A stretch of 30,623 bases of DNA, taken from positions 1-30,623 of the IMG/VR virus record IMGVR_UViG_3300005739_000090, one strand, 5' to 3'. A program made the position numbers and the translations under genes. Positions 15,075 through 23,328 of this stretch are shown here, one piece after another. The notes beneath the pieces were generated by a model. It did not search any database and was not told where the DNA came from. It saw only the letters and a program-made list of their open reading frames with translations. Source of the stretch: a virus (Duplodnaviria; Caudoviricetes). The number at the start of each line of letters is the position of its first letter. Positions within the stretch are counted from its first letter, which is position 1.

Positions 15075-15682
15075 GGCTGAATCTCCTCAGTGATGATCCC
15101 GGCAGCGATCACGATGCTGCCAACGATCGTCTCTCCGTACACGATAGGAACGGGTACACCTTGACGGCTCACGTTCTGGATGCCGCTGAAGCTGTAGGAC
15201 TTGCGCGGATCCGCGTCGCCGTCTGAGCCCGTGTCCAGCCTTGGCGTTGGTGTCAGCAGTTGCGCTACGCCGCCAAGTGCAAGGCTGAGGCCGATACCTG
15301 CCACGATCGGGACAGCCTGCGCGCCAAGCGTGAACAGGCCACCCGCCAGCGCGCCTGCAGGCGCAAACAGGAACGATGCAGCCACCAGCGCCACGCCCGC
15401 GATGATCCGGCCCACTGCGCCAGCGCCGGCCACTACCGGCACCAGCTTGATTGCTTCAGTGGCGCCGATCGGATCGTGCAGCTGCTCGGGGTGATCGCCC
15501 ACCTCGAGCTCATGTGATGCCACGATCACCTTGTAGTGCTGGTCGGCCATGTGCGCCTCCAGCTGCGGGAAATTGGCAAGAAGAAACCGTACCGCTTCAG
15601 CCGGTGAGCTGACCGCCGCCCTCAAGACTCGACGCTTCAGAAACTTGGCCAGTCGGCCGTAAAGGCGGATCTCGCGCAGCAT
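15071..15682 (-). CDS. tail assembly protein I (lambda gpI family)
   Basis: IRLYG.L, PVVAGAG, SYSFSG.QN...QGVPVPIVYGE. Alternative GTG start at 15688. Confidence 0.92.
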   Translation of the reverse strand: MLREIRLYGRLAKFLKRRVLRAAVSSPAEAVRFLLANFPQLEAHMADQHYKVIVASHELEVGDHPEQLHDPIGATEAIKLVPVVAGAGAVGRIIAGVALVAASFLFAPAGALAGGLFTLGAQAVPIVAGIGLSLALGGVAQLLTPTPRLDTGSDGDADPRKSYSFSGIQNVSRQGVPVPIVYGETIVGSIVIAAGIITEEIQP

Positions 15683-15684
15683 CG

Positions 15685-16398
15685 TCACTCCACGCGGCTC
15701 AGGTGCCGGATCACGCGCCCGGTGTTCTTCTGATAGTAGCCGCCATAAACGTCGCGGCTGCTCAGGCGCCCGCGCACATGATGCAGGATCTCGCCGTCGC
15801 CTACATACACCGCGATGTGATTGAGCGGTCGCTCGAGGCTCATCAGCAACAGATCACCCACCGCCAACGGCTGATCATCGGGCACCGTGCTGAAACCCGT
15901 GTCCCGCCAGCAGCCATCGAACATCGGCGCAGCGTTGAACTCCTGCCAAGTGGTTGGCCGCGGCCAGTCGCGCAGCTCGATGCCCCACGTCTCGGCGTAC
16001 CAGTCACGGCACAGTGTCCAGCAATCAGACACGGCCCAAACCCACTGGCGGCCGATCAGCGGAGCCCGGTAGCCCTCAGGCTCGCAGCTGCCCCATGCGC
16101 CGGTGCCAGGGTTGACGATGTGCCACACCAGTCCGCTGCGCTCGCACGCCATGCGATCTGCATCACTGGGCTGCGGTGGTGTCTTGGGGTGACTGTGAAC
16201 CACTGCTATCACCTCGCCGGCATCTTCGGCCGCGGCGTAGTCCGCTGGATCCAGCACAAAGAAGTCCTCCTCCTCTGCCAAGTTGTTGCACGGCCAGTAA
16301 CGCTCGCGGCCTTTGACAACCACCAGCAGGCCGCACGCTTCTCGCGGCGCCTCCGTCAGCGCGTGCTCGATGGCAGCTGCTTTGCTTGCAGCGTTCAC
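15685..16398 (-). CDS. tail assembly protein K (JAB/MPN + NlpC/P60)
   Basis: PREACG, VVHSHP....[22 protein letters not shown]...ILHH. GTG at 16398 overlaps the L stop. Confidence 0.92.
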   Translation of the reverse strand: MNAASKAAAIEHALTEAPREACGLLVVVKGRERYWPCNNLAEEEDFFVLDPADYAAAEDAGEVIAVVHSHPKTPPQPSDADRMACERSGLVWHIVNPGTGAWGSCEPEGYRAPLIGRQWVWAVSDCWTLCRDWYAETWGIELRDWPRPTTWQEFNAAPMFDGCWRDTGFSTVPDDQPLAVGDLLLMSLERPLNHIAVYVGDGEILHHVRGRLSSRDVYGGYYQKNTGRVIRHLSRVE

Positions 16399-17135
16399 TG
16401 GTAGTAGGTCCCGACTGTTGGGAAGCTGCCGTAGGGCAGGGGGTTGTTGAACCCAAATCGAGCCTCGCAACTGGTCAGCCGCTTGCCGCAGACATCCTGC
16501 GCCAGCGTGCCGACAGGGTTGTCATTTTCGTCGAAGTAATTGGTGCCGGTGTAGCCGCACTCGGCGCTGCGGTAGCGCCATTGGCACACGTTGGCGATGC
16601 ACTGCCGCTTCGGCGCCCTTACGCCCGCCAAGTCCAGCGATGCCGCCAACTCAAACTCAACCACGTCGCGGTTCTCGAGCGTTTTGCGATCGACGTAGTA
16701 GATCTCTCGCGGTGCCTCGGCCGTAGGGTCTGGCGTGCCGAACGGGTTGACGTTGCCGGTGAAGTTGATTGCGTCCAGATAGCGCGCGCAGGTGCGGATC
16801 CTGGTGAGCTTGGCGCCGGTCAGGTCGTTCCCTCGGTTGGCGAGGTTCACCTCGACCAGCACCGCAGACACAAGGCCAAGCATGTTGGAGATGCGCAGCT
16901 TCGGCCTCGGCAGCTGGCCGTTGCCGTTGTACTCAAACCCGTCCACCTCGATCGGGTAGCGCTGGTATTGGTTGCCGGCCCATGTCACCTCGCCCCAGCC
17001 GGCTTTTGCATTGGCGCCGGCATGGAACCTGTAGACAGTGTTGGAGCCATGCAATGCCGTGATCAGCTGCAGCTCAAACAGCTCGATAATGGCGCTCGGC
17101 GCAATCTTCTGAAGCTCAGGAACGATCGAGGTCAT
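16395..17135 (-). CDS. minor tail protein L
   Basis: IELFEL, YPIE..GFE....GQLPRPKL, and a C-terminal Cys set ([20 protein letters not shown]). Confidence 0.95.
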   Translation of the reverse strand: MTSIVPELQKIAPSAIIELFELQLITALHGSNTVYRFHAGANAKAGWGEVTWAGNQYQRYPIEVDGFEYNGNGQLPRPKLRISNMLGLVSAVLVEVNLANRGNDLTGAKLTRIRTCARYLDAINFTGNVNPFGTPDPTAEAPREIYYVDRKTLENRDVVEFELAASLDLAGVRAPKRQCIANVCQWRYRSAECGYTGTNYFDENDNPVGTLAQDVCGKRLTSCEARFGFNNPLPYGSFPTVGTYYQ

Positions 17136-17470
17136 TGCGGCTCAGGCACCTGGCGGAATGTGGCCGTGATGGTGTTGAAGTTGCAGCTGTTCAGCGTGCT
17201 CTGCCACTCATCACAAACGAACTGGCCAAGATCGCCGTGCGGGCTTGTCCATGTGAACGCATCCCAGCCGCCGCGCGCTTCAAGGAAGCCCAAAATCTGA
17301 TCGCGCTCCACATCGGTGCGGTTGTCGAAAGTCACCCGCCACTCCTTCATGTCGGTGTTCAGGCCAAACCGCACACGCTGCTCATAGCCATCACCGAGCT
17401 GGATGCGCCGCACGCGCGGTTTGCTGATCTCAGTCGCTGGGAAACTTGGGGTGTAGGTGAAGGTCGCCAT
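17132..17470 (-). CDS. minor tail protein M (distal tail)
   Basis: P.VR....GDGYEQR...GLN, FL.ARGG..AF.WT.P. Confidence 0.95.
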   Translation of the reverse strand: MATFTYTPSFPATEISKPRVRRIQLGDGYEQRVRFGLNTDMKEWRVTFDNRTDVERDQILGFLEARGGWDAFTWTSPHGDLGQFVCDEWQSTLNSCNFNTITATFRQVPEPQ

Positions 17471-17473
17471 CGG

Positions 17474-20400
17474 TTACGCCGCCAAGAGGCCACCAGGCCG
17501 TTTCTGCTTGATCAATTCTGACTGCACCGCCTGCGCAATGGCACGGCCCAGCGCGGCACCGTTGCCCTGGTCGCCTTGCACGCTGGTGCCCTTGGCGTCC
17601 ACATTGACCACCACGCTGGTCGGGCCGCCGCTGCCGCCTTGCATAGCCACCGGGATACGCCGGCCGTCAGGCAGCGGCACATAGGCCTCGGGCTGGCTGC
17701 CCTCGCCAAACAACGCCAGCTGGGGGGTGTTGGCGATACCACCGCGCGCGTAACTCTTGAGCGGTGCCGGCCCGTTGGCGGTCATAATGCCGCCATCGGC
17801 AAAGCCGAACGTCTTGGTGATGCCCTTCACGATCGGGGCAATCACCATGATCTGCAGGATTTGGCGCGCGATGTCCTTCAGCACCGTGGCGCCAATCTCG
17901 CGCAAGCTGTTGCCCCAGTTTTCGGTGCCTTCGATTAGCAGATCCAGCGCCGAGCCAATGCCATTGCCGATGGTGTTGGCAACGCCTTCAACCAGTGCCT
18001 TCTTCTGCTCATAGGCCGTTTTGATTCGTTCGAGCGCTTGCTGCTCGGCCGTCAACCCAGCCAGCACGTCAGGCTGCGCTGCAATCCGGCCGCGCACCGC
18101 CTGCAGCAGGGCTTCCATGTCGGTCCGCTGTTTGTCAGTCAGGCCGCTGATCTGCAGATCCTTCGCCAGCTGCTGCTCGAGTATTTGCAGGCTGGCGGTC
18201 TCGGCCCGTGCCATACGCTCGCGGTCGATCACCTGCTGCGCCAGCTCAGGGCTCATTCCAGAGCGCTGCAGCTCCACCGTGCGCTCAAAATCTTCGCGCT
18301 GCTCGCGCACCGAACGGCGCTGCTGATCGAGCGCGCTGGTGATTGTGCCGAGCTCGGCCTGGCGGTTGCCAAGCAGGTCGCCAATGTTTGCCTGCGTCAG
18401 TGCCGCCGTGTTGGCGCCCTGAGCCTGGCTAAGACGCGCTGCGGCCGCGTTCACGCCGCTCATGTCCACGCCGCTGGCAGCGGCCGGTGCAGCAGTGCCA
18501 GCGCGCGCTACAGAGCCACCCTGCAAGTGCAGCAGACGCATTCGGCCCTGCGGGGTGTCGATCTCGACCGCATAGCCGCCTGCGCCGGTAAAACCCAGAT
18601 CACGCAGCACCTTGGCGCCGTTCTGCAGGCTGATGCCGCTGCCGGCCGGCGTGCCGAAATCGATGCCGCGGTGGAAACTGCGGCCAAACAGGTTGCGCGG
18701 GCCGAATGGGCTGGTGACGCCAAAGCTGCTCGGCGCACGTCCGTTCACACGCAGGTAGCGATCGACATCAGCCGCAGTGATCGGCCGGCCGTCTGCAAAC
18801 CGTGCGTCGAGGTGCGCGCCGGTGCTCTGCCCGGTGTTGCCGGTGCGGGCGATGATGCCGCCAGCCATCGAACCACCGCCCAGCGCTGCAGCAGCACCCT
18901 GCGCACCTTGGCGCATACGGTCGGCCATCTTTTCGGCCGCATCGACCAGGATCCGGCTGATGCCCTCGGCCACGCTCAGCTTGTACTGCTCAAGCGTGCG
19001 CTCGAGCTGCACCTTTTTGTCAGTGGCGTTCTGCTCGATCTGGATCTGCTGCTCAGCAAAACGGCGACTGGCTTCATTCAGTCGCGCCTGCGTATCCAAG
19101 GCATCAGTGCCAAGTCCTGCAGCACGCAGCCGCTGCTTCTCAGCCTCAAGCGCGAAGTCCTCCTCCTGTTGGCGGATGCGCCGACGTGCTTCAGCTGTGC
19201 TGCGCTCGAGCTCCAGTCGCTGGTCGCCTAGATCGCGCTCAAGCTCGGCCGCACGCTTAATCGACTGCTCGCGGAAATCAGCCAGCCGGCGCTCGGTGTC
19301 GATCCGAATCTTTAGCTCATCATCTAAGGCCTTTTTCTTCACCTTGTTCTCCTCTTCCTGCGCACGCTGCTGAGCTGCCCTGCGCTCCTTATCAGCCTGC
19401 TCGCGTGCGCGGAGCTGCTCGGCAGTTGCCGGGCCAGTGGGCAGCCCCTCAGCTTGGCGCCGGCGGTCAGCTTGAAACTGGTTGAACAGCTCCTCAGCGC
19501 GCTGATTCTGAAAGCGATCGACCTCGAAGCCGTACCGGAAGAAACCGCCGATGCCGAACTTATCGCGTGCCTCACGCTGCGCCTGAAAAGTCGCGCGGAT
19601 CCGATCCTGCTGCCGTTCTGCAGCTCCATCGGTCAGGTTCAGTGCGTCAGAAACTCGCTGCACTGCTCTGGTGAACGCTCGCAGCAACGTGATCGCAGTC
19701 GGCCCAAACGCCTTGGCGATGCCCTCACCAGTGCGGCGCAGCTCGTTCTGCAGATCAGTCAGCGCCTGCGCGCCGGTTTGAAACTGTTTGTTGAGCTTGC
19801 CGAGCTGCGTGTCCTGCAGTTGCCCCAAAGCGCGCAGCACCACGTCAGTGGTGACCTTGCCCTCGGACGCCAAATCCTTGAGCTCACCGATCGTCACGCC
19901 CAGCTCGCGTGCAATCGCCTGCGCTGCCAGTGGCGCTTGCTCACGGATCGATCGCAGTTCTTCACCCTGCAGCACGCCAGACGCCAAACCCTGCTTCAGC
20001 TGAATCAGCGCATTGCTAGTTTCCTGCGCCGTGGCGCCGCTGTTGCGTGCAGCAGCTGAGAAGCCAACGAACGCCTTCTCAAGCTCTTGGATGGTGATGC
20101 CAGTAGGGCGCAACGAGGCGTAAAGCGAGGCGAAGCTCTGCTGCGCCTCGGTGTTGCTGATGCGCAGCTTCTGCGCAATTCGTGCCGCGGCTTCCTGTGC
20201 CTGGTTGTACTCGCCAAACTCATCAGCGAGCGCCTGCAGCCGCACCTGTGCGCTCTCAGCCTGCAGGCCGACATCCGCCACGAACTTCACCGCCAGCGCC
20301 CCACCAGCAGCCGCTGCAAGGCCACCTAGGCCGCCTAAGCCTGCGAGCACACCGCCGCCGCGCGTGGTGCCTGTCAGCTTCGCCTGTTGCCTGTTCAGCT

Positions 20401-20674
20401 TGTCCAGCTCAGCGCTGTAAAACTTGAACTGCCGGCTGCCGATCTGCGCCTCATTGCGCAGGTTCGTCATCACCGTGATCTGCCGCTGCAGTGAGTTGAG
20501 CGACTGACCAGCTGCCTGTGACAGCTTCTTGTTTGCGTTGTAAAGCTGGTCGAGATCCTTGCTGCTGCGGTTGGCCTGCTGCGCCATGCCCTGCAGCCCA
20601 CGCTTCAGCTGGTCAAGCCCTTGGCCTTCCAGCTTTGCCGTGAACTTGATCGCTGTGTCGAGCGACATCGCCAT
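17474..20674 (-). CDS. tape measure protein with embedded M23-like domain
   Basis: 1066 aa, helical and Ala-rich; QL.Q.L.SG.LQGEEL.SI.EQAP tape-measure motif; C-terminal FA.GG...GE...EA..PL. Confidence 0.95.
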   Translation of the reverse strand: MAMSLDTAIKFTAKLEGQGLDQLKRGLQGMAQQANRSSKDLDQLYNANKKLSQAAGQSLNSLQRQITVMTNLRNEAQIGSRQFKFYSAELDKLNRQQAKLTGTTRGGGVLAGLGGLGGLAAAAGGALAVKFVADVGLQAESAQVRLQALADEFGEYNQAQEAAARIAQKLRISNTEAQQSFASLYASLRPTGITIQELEKAFVGFSAAARNSGATAQETSNALIQLKQGLASGVLQGEELRSIREQAPLAAQAIARELGVTIGELKDLASEGKVTTDVVLRALGQLQDTQLGKLNKQFQTGAQALTDLQNELRRTGEGIAKAFGPTAITLLRAFTRAVQRVSDALNLTDGAAERQQDRIRATFQAQREARDKFGIGGFFRYGFEVDRFQNQRAEELFNQFQADRRRQAEGLPTGPATAEQLRAREQADKERRAAQQRAQEEENKVKKKALDDELKIRIDTERRLADFREQSIKRAAELERDLGDQRLELERSTAEARRRIRQQEEDFALEAEKQRLRAAGLGTDALDTQARLNEASRRFAEQQIQIEQNATDKKVQLERTLEQYKLSVAEGISRILVDAAEKMADRMRQGAQGAAAALGGGSMAGGIIARTGNTGQSTGAHLDARFADGRPITAADVDRYLRVNGRAPSSFGVTSPFGPRNLFGRSFHRGIDFGTPAGSGISLQNGAKVLRDLGFTGAGGYAVEIDTPQGRMRLLHLQGGSVARAGTAAPAAASGVDMSGVNAAAARLSQAQGANTAALTQANIGDLLGNRQAELGTITSALDQQRRSVREQREDFERTVELQRSGMSPELAQQVIDRERMARAETASLQILEQQLAKDLQISGLTDKQRTDMEALLQAVRGRIAAQPDVLAGLTAEQQALERIKTAYEQKKALVEGVANTIGNGIGSALDLLIEGTENWGNSLREIGATVLKDIARQILQIMVIAPIVKGITKTFGFADGGIMTANGPAPLKSYARGGIANTPQLALFGEGSQPEAYVPLPDGRRIPVAMQGGSGGPTSVVVNVDAKGTSVQGDQGNGAALGRAIAQAVQSELIKQKRPGGLLAA

Positions 20675-20677
20675 GGC

Positions 20678-20998
20678 TCAACGCTCCCTCAGCATCACCG
20701 CCAGCGCTGCGCTCTCCATCACCTGCAGGTCCTCCAGGAGCGCGCGCGGGTCGTCCACTGCGTACATCTTAAAGAGCCATGCCAGCACTGAGTAATCGAG
20801 GCCGATCACGCCGCCAGCACTGGTGCGCCATTGCGTCTGCACGCGGCACCACATCAGCACTGCATCCCAGTTTTCAGGCCACACCTCAAACTCATCCGCA
20901 GCCTCAACCTCAGGCGCTGGGATGCCCATCGCCTCGGCATCCTTGGCCGTGTCATCCTTCACACCGCCGCCGGCCCAATGCTCAGCGGCGGCGATCAG
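20678..20998 (-). CDS. tail assembly chaperone T-part (DUF1799-like), reached by -1 frameshift
   Basis: FEVWPENW.A.......TQWR......GLDY...D.Q.ME..AL; the frame is open back to the A-AAA-AAC slippery site. Confidence 0.8.
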   Translation of the reverse strand: MIAAAEHWAGGGVKDDTAKDAEAMGIPAPEVEAADEFEVWPENWDAVLMWCRVQTQWRTSAGGVIGLDYSVLAWLFKMYAVDDPRALLEDLQVMESAALAVMLRER

Positions 20999-21339
20999 TT
21001 TTTTCGTTTGCCTTTGCTCAAGCTGTCGAGCCAGCTGGTAACCACCGCAGCAGACACCAGCGGAACGTTCAGCAGATCGGCCTTGGCCTTCTCGCTGAAC
21101 GGCACATCAGCGCCCTTGGCGTCTTGGATGCCGGCCCAGCCGGTTAGAACTTCATCGCACAGCTCATCATCGCCAAGATCGCCGGCCTGAATCAGGTCCC
21201 AGATCTCGCGGATCCGAGCCTGAGGCAGCCGGCGAAACTCAGCGTCAAAGGTCTGTTTTTCAAACCGGCCACCATCGATGGGGAACTCGACAGTGACCGG
21301 CCAGGTGTAGGACTCGCTCTGTGACAGAACGAACGCCAT
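20995..21339 (-). CDS. tail assembly chaperone (gpG-like)
   Basis: Between the tube and TMP genes; GW.GI.D..G..VPFS motif; ends CGA AAA AAC TGA. Confidence 0.85.
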   Translation of the reverse strand: MAFVLSQSESYTWPVTVEFPIDGGRFEKQTFDAEFRRLPQARIREIWDLIQAGDLGDDELCDEVLTGWAGIQDAKGADVPFSEKAKADLLNVPLVSAAVVTSWLDSLSKGKRKN

Positions 21340-21349
21340 GCAGTGCTCC

Positions 21350-22285
21350 TTAGGTGTAAGCGAGGCTCAGCTCATCATTGCCTGCCGAGGTGGGAATGGC
21401 CACATAAGGCAGGTTCAGCATCTGAATCCCGTCCTGGTCAGAGTAGGTCGGGCTGCCGATGTCGGCCTGAGCTGTGGTGAACGTCACGATGTTGCCAGCG
21501 GTTGCACCGTGCTGGAAGGTGATCGAGCCAGTACTCGAACCGTTGGCAATCGTGAAGAAGTCTTTGGTGGCAATCGAAGGAGCCTCGATCACGCAGGTGC
21601 CAGAAGGCTGGCGATCGGTGATGAGCACTTCTTTGGTGCAGCCGACCAGCTCGCGGTAGACGATGCTGTTCGACACATCGAAGCTCAGGCTCTGCAGGCA
21701 GCCTGCATAGCTGAACGCAGAAAAGTTCGAGGTGTTGCCGTTCTTGAAGATCAGCGGAGCCGCCTGATTGGCGTAGGTAGGGCTGGGCAGCGCCACGTCA
21801 GTCGGGGCGTTGTAGATGCCGGTCAGCGTGAAGCTGATGGTTGGAATCTGACCCACTTCAGCGTTGAGGCTGAAAGTGCCGCGGCAGCCGGTCACACGAT
21901 GGCGGATGCCGTCGTTGTGGAAGTAAAGGCTCACCGAGCTAAAGCTTGAGCTCACCGGCGCATAGGTGACGCTGGTGCTGGCCACCACAGTTTCAGACAG
22001 GCCACAAGCTTTAAGCACAGGGCCGTAGGCGGGAGCGGTGCCAGCAGTGCCAGAGCCAGCCAGCTCAACCTCGAACGTCACCTCGACGCGGGTTTGCGCG
22101 AGCAGCTGGTCGCTTACACCCAGATAAGGGCGGATCAAGTCACGGCTGACGGTCTCAGCCTGCAGCGGCGTGATCTCAAGGTTGCGCACCAAGATGGCAT
22201 CAGAGCCTCCGGTAGGCACCGAATCAGTGCCGTAGGTGCTTTCAGTCTTCGCCAGAATCAGGCGCTTGCGGCTCAGGAGCGGCAT
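21350..22285 (-). CDS. major tail tube protein
   Basis: K.ESTYG.D, LKACG, G.RG...L....G..P...F..TG; gene position. Confidence 0.85.
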   Translation of the reverse strand: MPLLSRKRLILAKTESTYGTDSVPTGGSDAILVRNLEITPLQAETVSRDLIRPYLGVSDQLLAQTRVEVTFEVELAGSGTAGTAPAYGPVLKACGLSETVVASTSVTYAPVSSSFSSVSLYFHNDGIRHRVTGCRGTFSLNAEVGQIPTISFTLTGIYNAPTDVALPSPTYANQAAPLIFKNGNTSNFSAFSYAGCLQSLSFDVSNSIVYRELVGCTKEVLITDRQPSGTCVIEAPSIATKDFFTIANGSSTGSITFQHGATAGNIVTFTTAQADIGSPTYSDQDGIQMLNLPYVAIPTSAGNDELSLAYT

Positions 22286-22418
22286 TGCTCGTTACCTCAG
22301 TTTGGGGTTCGGAGGGTTGGGCCGGCTCTGTCCGCTCAATGAGCTTCCGCTTGCCGGTTTTGGGGTCCAGCAGGTAGGTCCCGCCTTCACCCCAGTATTC
22401 GTCCACCATCGTAGCCAT
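22242..22418 (-). CDS. small hypothetical virion-module protein
   Basis: MATMVDEYWGEGGTYLLDPKTGKRKLIERT..., starting just after the upstream stop. Confidence 0.55.
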   Translation of the reverse strand: MATMVDEYWGEGGTYLLDPKTGKRKLIERTEPAQPSEPQTEVTSNAAPEPQAPDSGED

Positions 22419-22420
22419 GA

Positions 22421-22846
22421 TCAGCTCGCCAGATTTGTGACGGAGGTGCGATACAGAACACGATAGTCGCATTGGATCTCACCAGCAGCGCCATCGGCTT
22501 CTGCAAAGTTGAAAGTGACGCCTACAGGCTGCACATCGATTGCGTAGCCGCCCAGCGTCAAGTCGGCCATCACCTTCGCGTGCAAACTCTCAATAATCGG
22601 ATCCGCGATCTGGTCGGGCACTGCGCCGCGCACGATCACGGTGATGCGCACGATCATCGACCAGTCCAGCGTCGGCAGCGCCGTGTTCTGCGCCGCGTTG
22701 TCGCTGAGCGGCTCGACCACGATCGCCGGGCTTTCGGCCCTGCTGATCGGTTCAACGCGCGAGCGGTAGATCCGCGTGCTCACGCCGGTGGTGCCGGTGA
22801 GCGCCGTGCGCACTGCAGCCAGGATCGTCTCGCGCTTGGTGGTCAT
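22421..22846 (-). CDS. tail terminator (gpU-like)
   Basis: RE.IL.A....L, PAIVV, D.TLGG...D motifs; position before the tube gene. Confidence 0.75.
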   Translation of the reverse strand: MTTKRETILAAVRTALTGTTGVSTRIYRSRVEPISRAESPAIVVEPLSDNAAQNTALPTLDWSMIVRITVIVRGAVPDQIADPIIESLHAKVMADLTLGGYAIDVQPVGVTFNFAEADGAAGEIQCDYRVLYRTSVTNLAS

Positions 22847-23121
22847 GTCTTCTGCAGTCCGATCTCTACAAAAGCGCCATCGTCAATCAGGCGCGTCTCG
22901 CGCACGGTGTATGCGACGCCGGCCACTGTGATCGCGTCGCCAAATTTCAAACCGCCAAAATCGGCAGCACGGGCTGTCAGCGTGTAGTCAGTGCTCAGAA
23001 CCATGTCGCCAGAGATGATCTGGCTAGGCATGTCCAAGATTCCCAATGCTGAAACAGCGCCAGCTGTGCAGCTGACGCCGAAATCATTCAAGAAGACGCC
23101 TAGATCTTCACTCAGCGCCAT
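22843..23121 (-). CDS. head-tail joining protein (FII-like)
   Basis: FG......G.....I.D...L..GD.ITV.G..YTV......DG pattern; gene position. Confidence 0.75.
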   Translation of the reverse strand: MALSEDLGVFLNDFGVSCTAGAVSALGILDMPSQIISGDMVLSTDYTLTARAADFGGLKFGDAITVAGVAYTVRETRLIDDGAFVEIGLQKT

Positions 23122-23290
23122 CGGTCTTCACCTTGCGCGCAGCCTTGGGCTTGGCTTCTTCAGCAGGCGCCTCCACGGCCCGGCCCATCCGCAGCAGCTC
23201 AGCTGCTACATCAGCGGCCAGATCGTAGACCTTGCCTTCCTCGAGGTGCTCACCTTGGGCGGCACAGGTGCGCTTGATCAGTAGCTTCAT
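23108..23290 (-). CDS. small capsid-associated hypothetical protein
   Basis: G.VYDL....A..L..MG.A motif with a basic tail; directly after the MCP gene. Confidence 0.7.
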   Translation of the reverse strand: MKLLIKRTCAAQGEHLEEGKVYDLAADVAAELLRMGRAVEAPAEEAKPKAARKVKTDGAE

Positions 23291-23293
23291 GCG

Positions 23294-23320
23294 AAAAAAG
23301 GGGGCCGGTTGCCCGGCCCC
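23294..23320 (-). terminator. rho-independent terminator after the major capsid gene
   Basis: GGGGCCGG-GCAA-CCGGCCCC-CTTTTTT on the minus strand. Confidence 0.9.
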
Positions 23321-23328
23321 GTCTCCTA

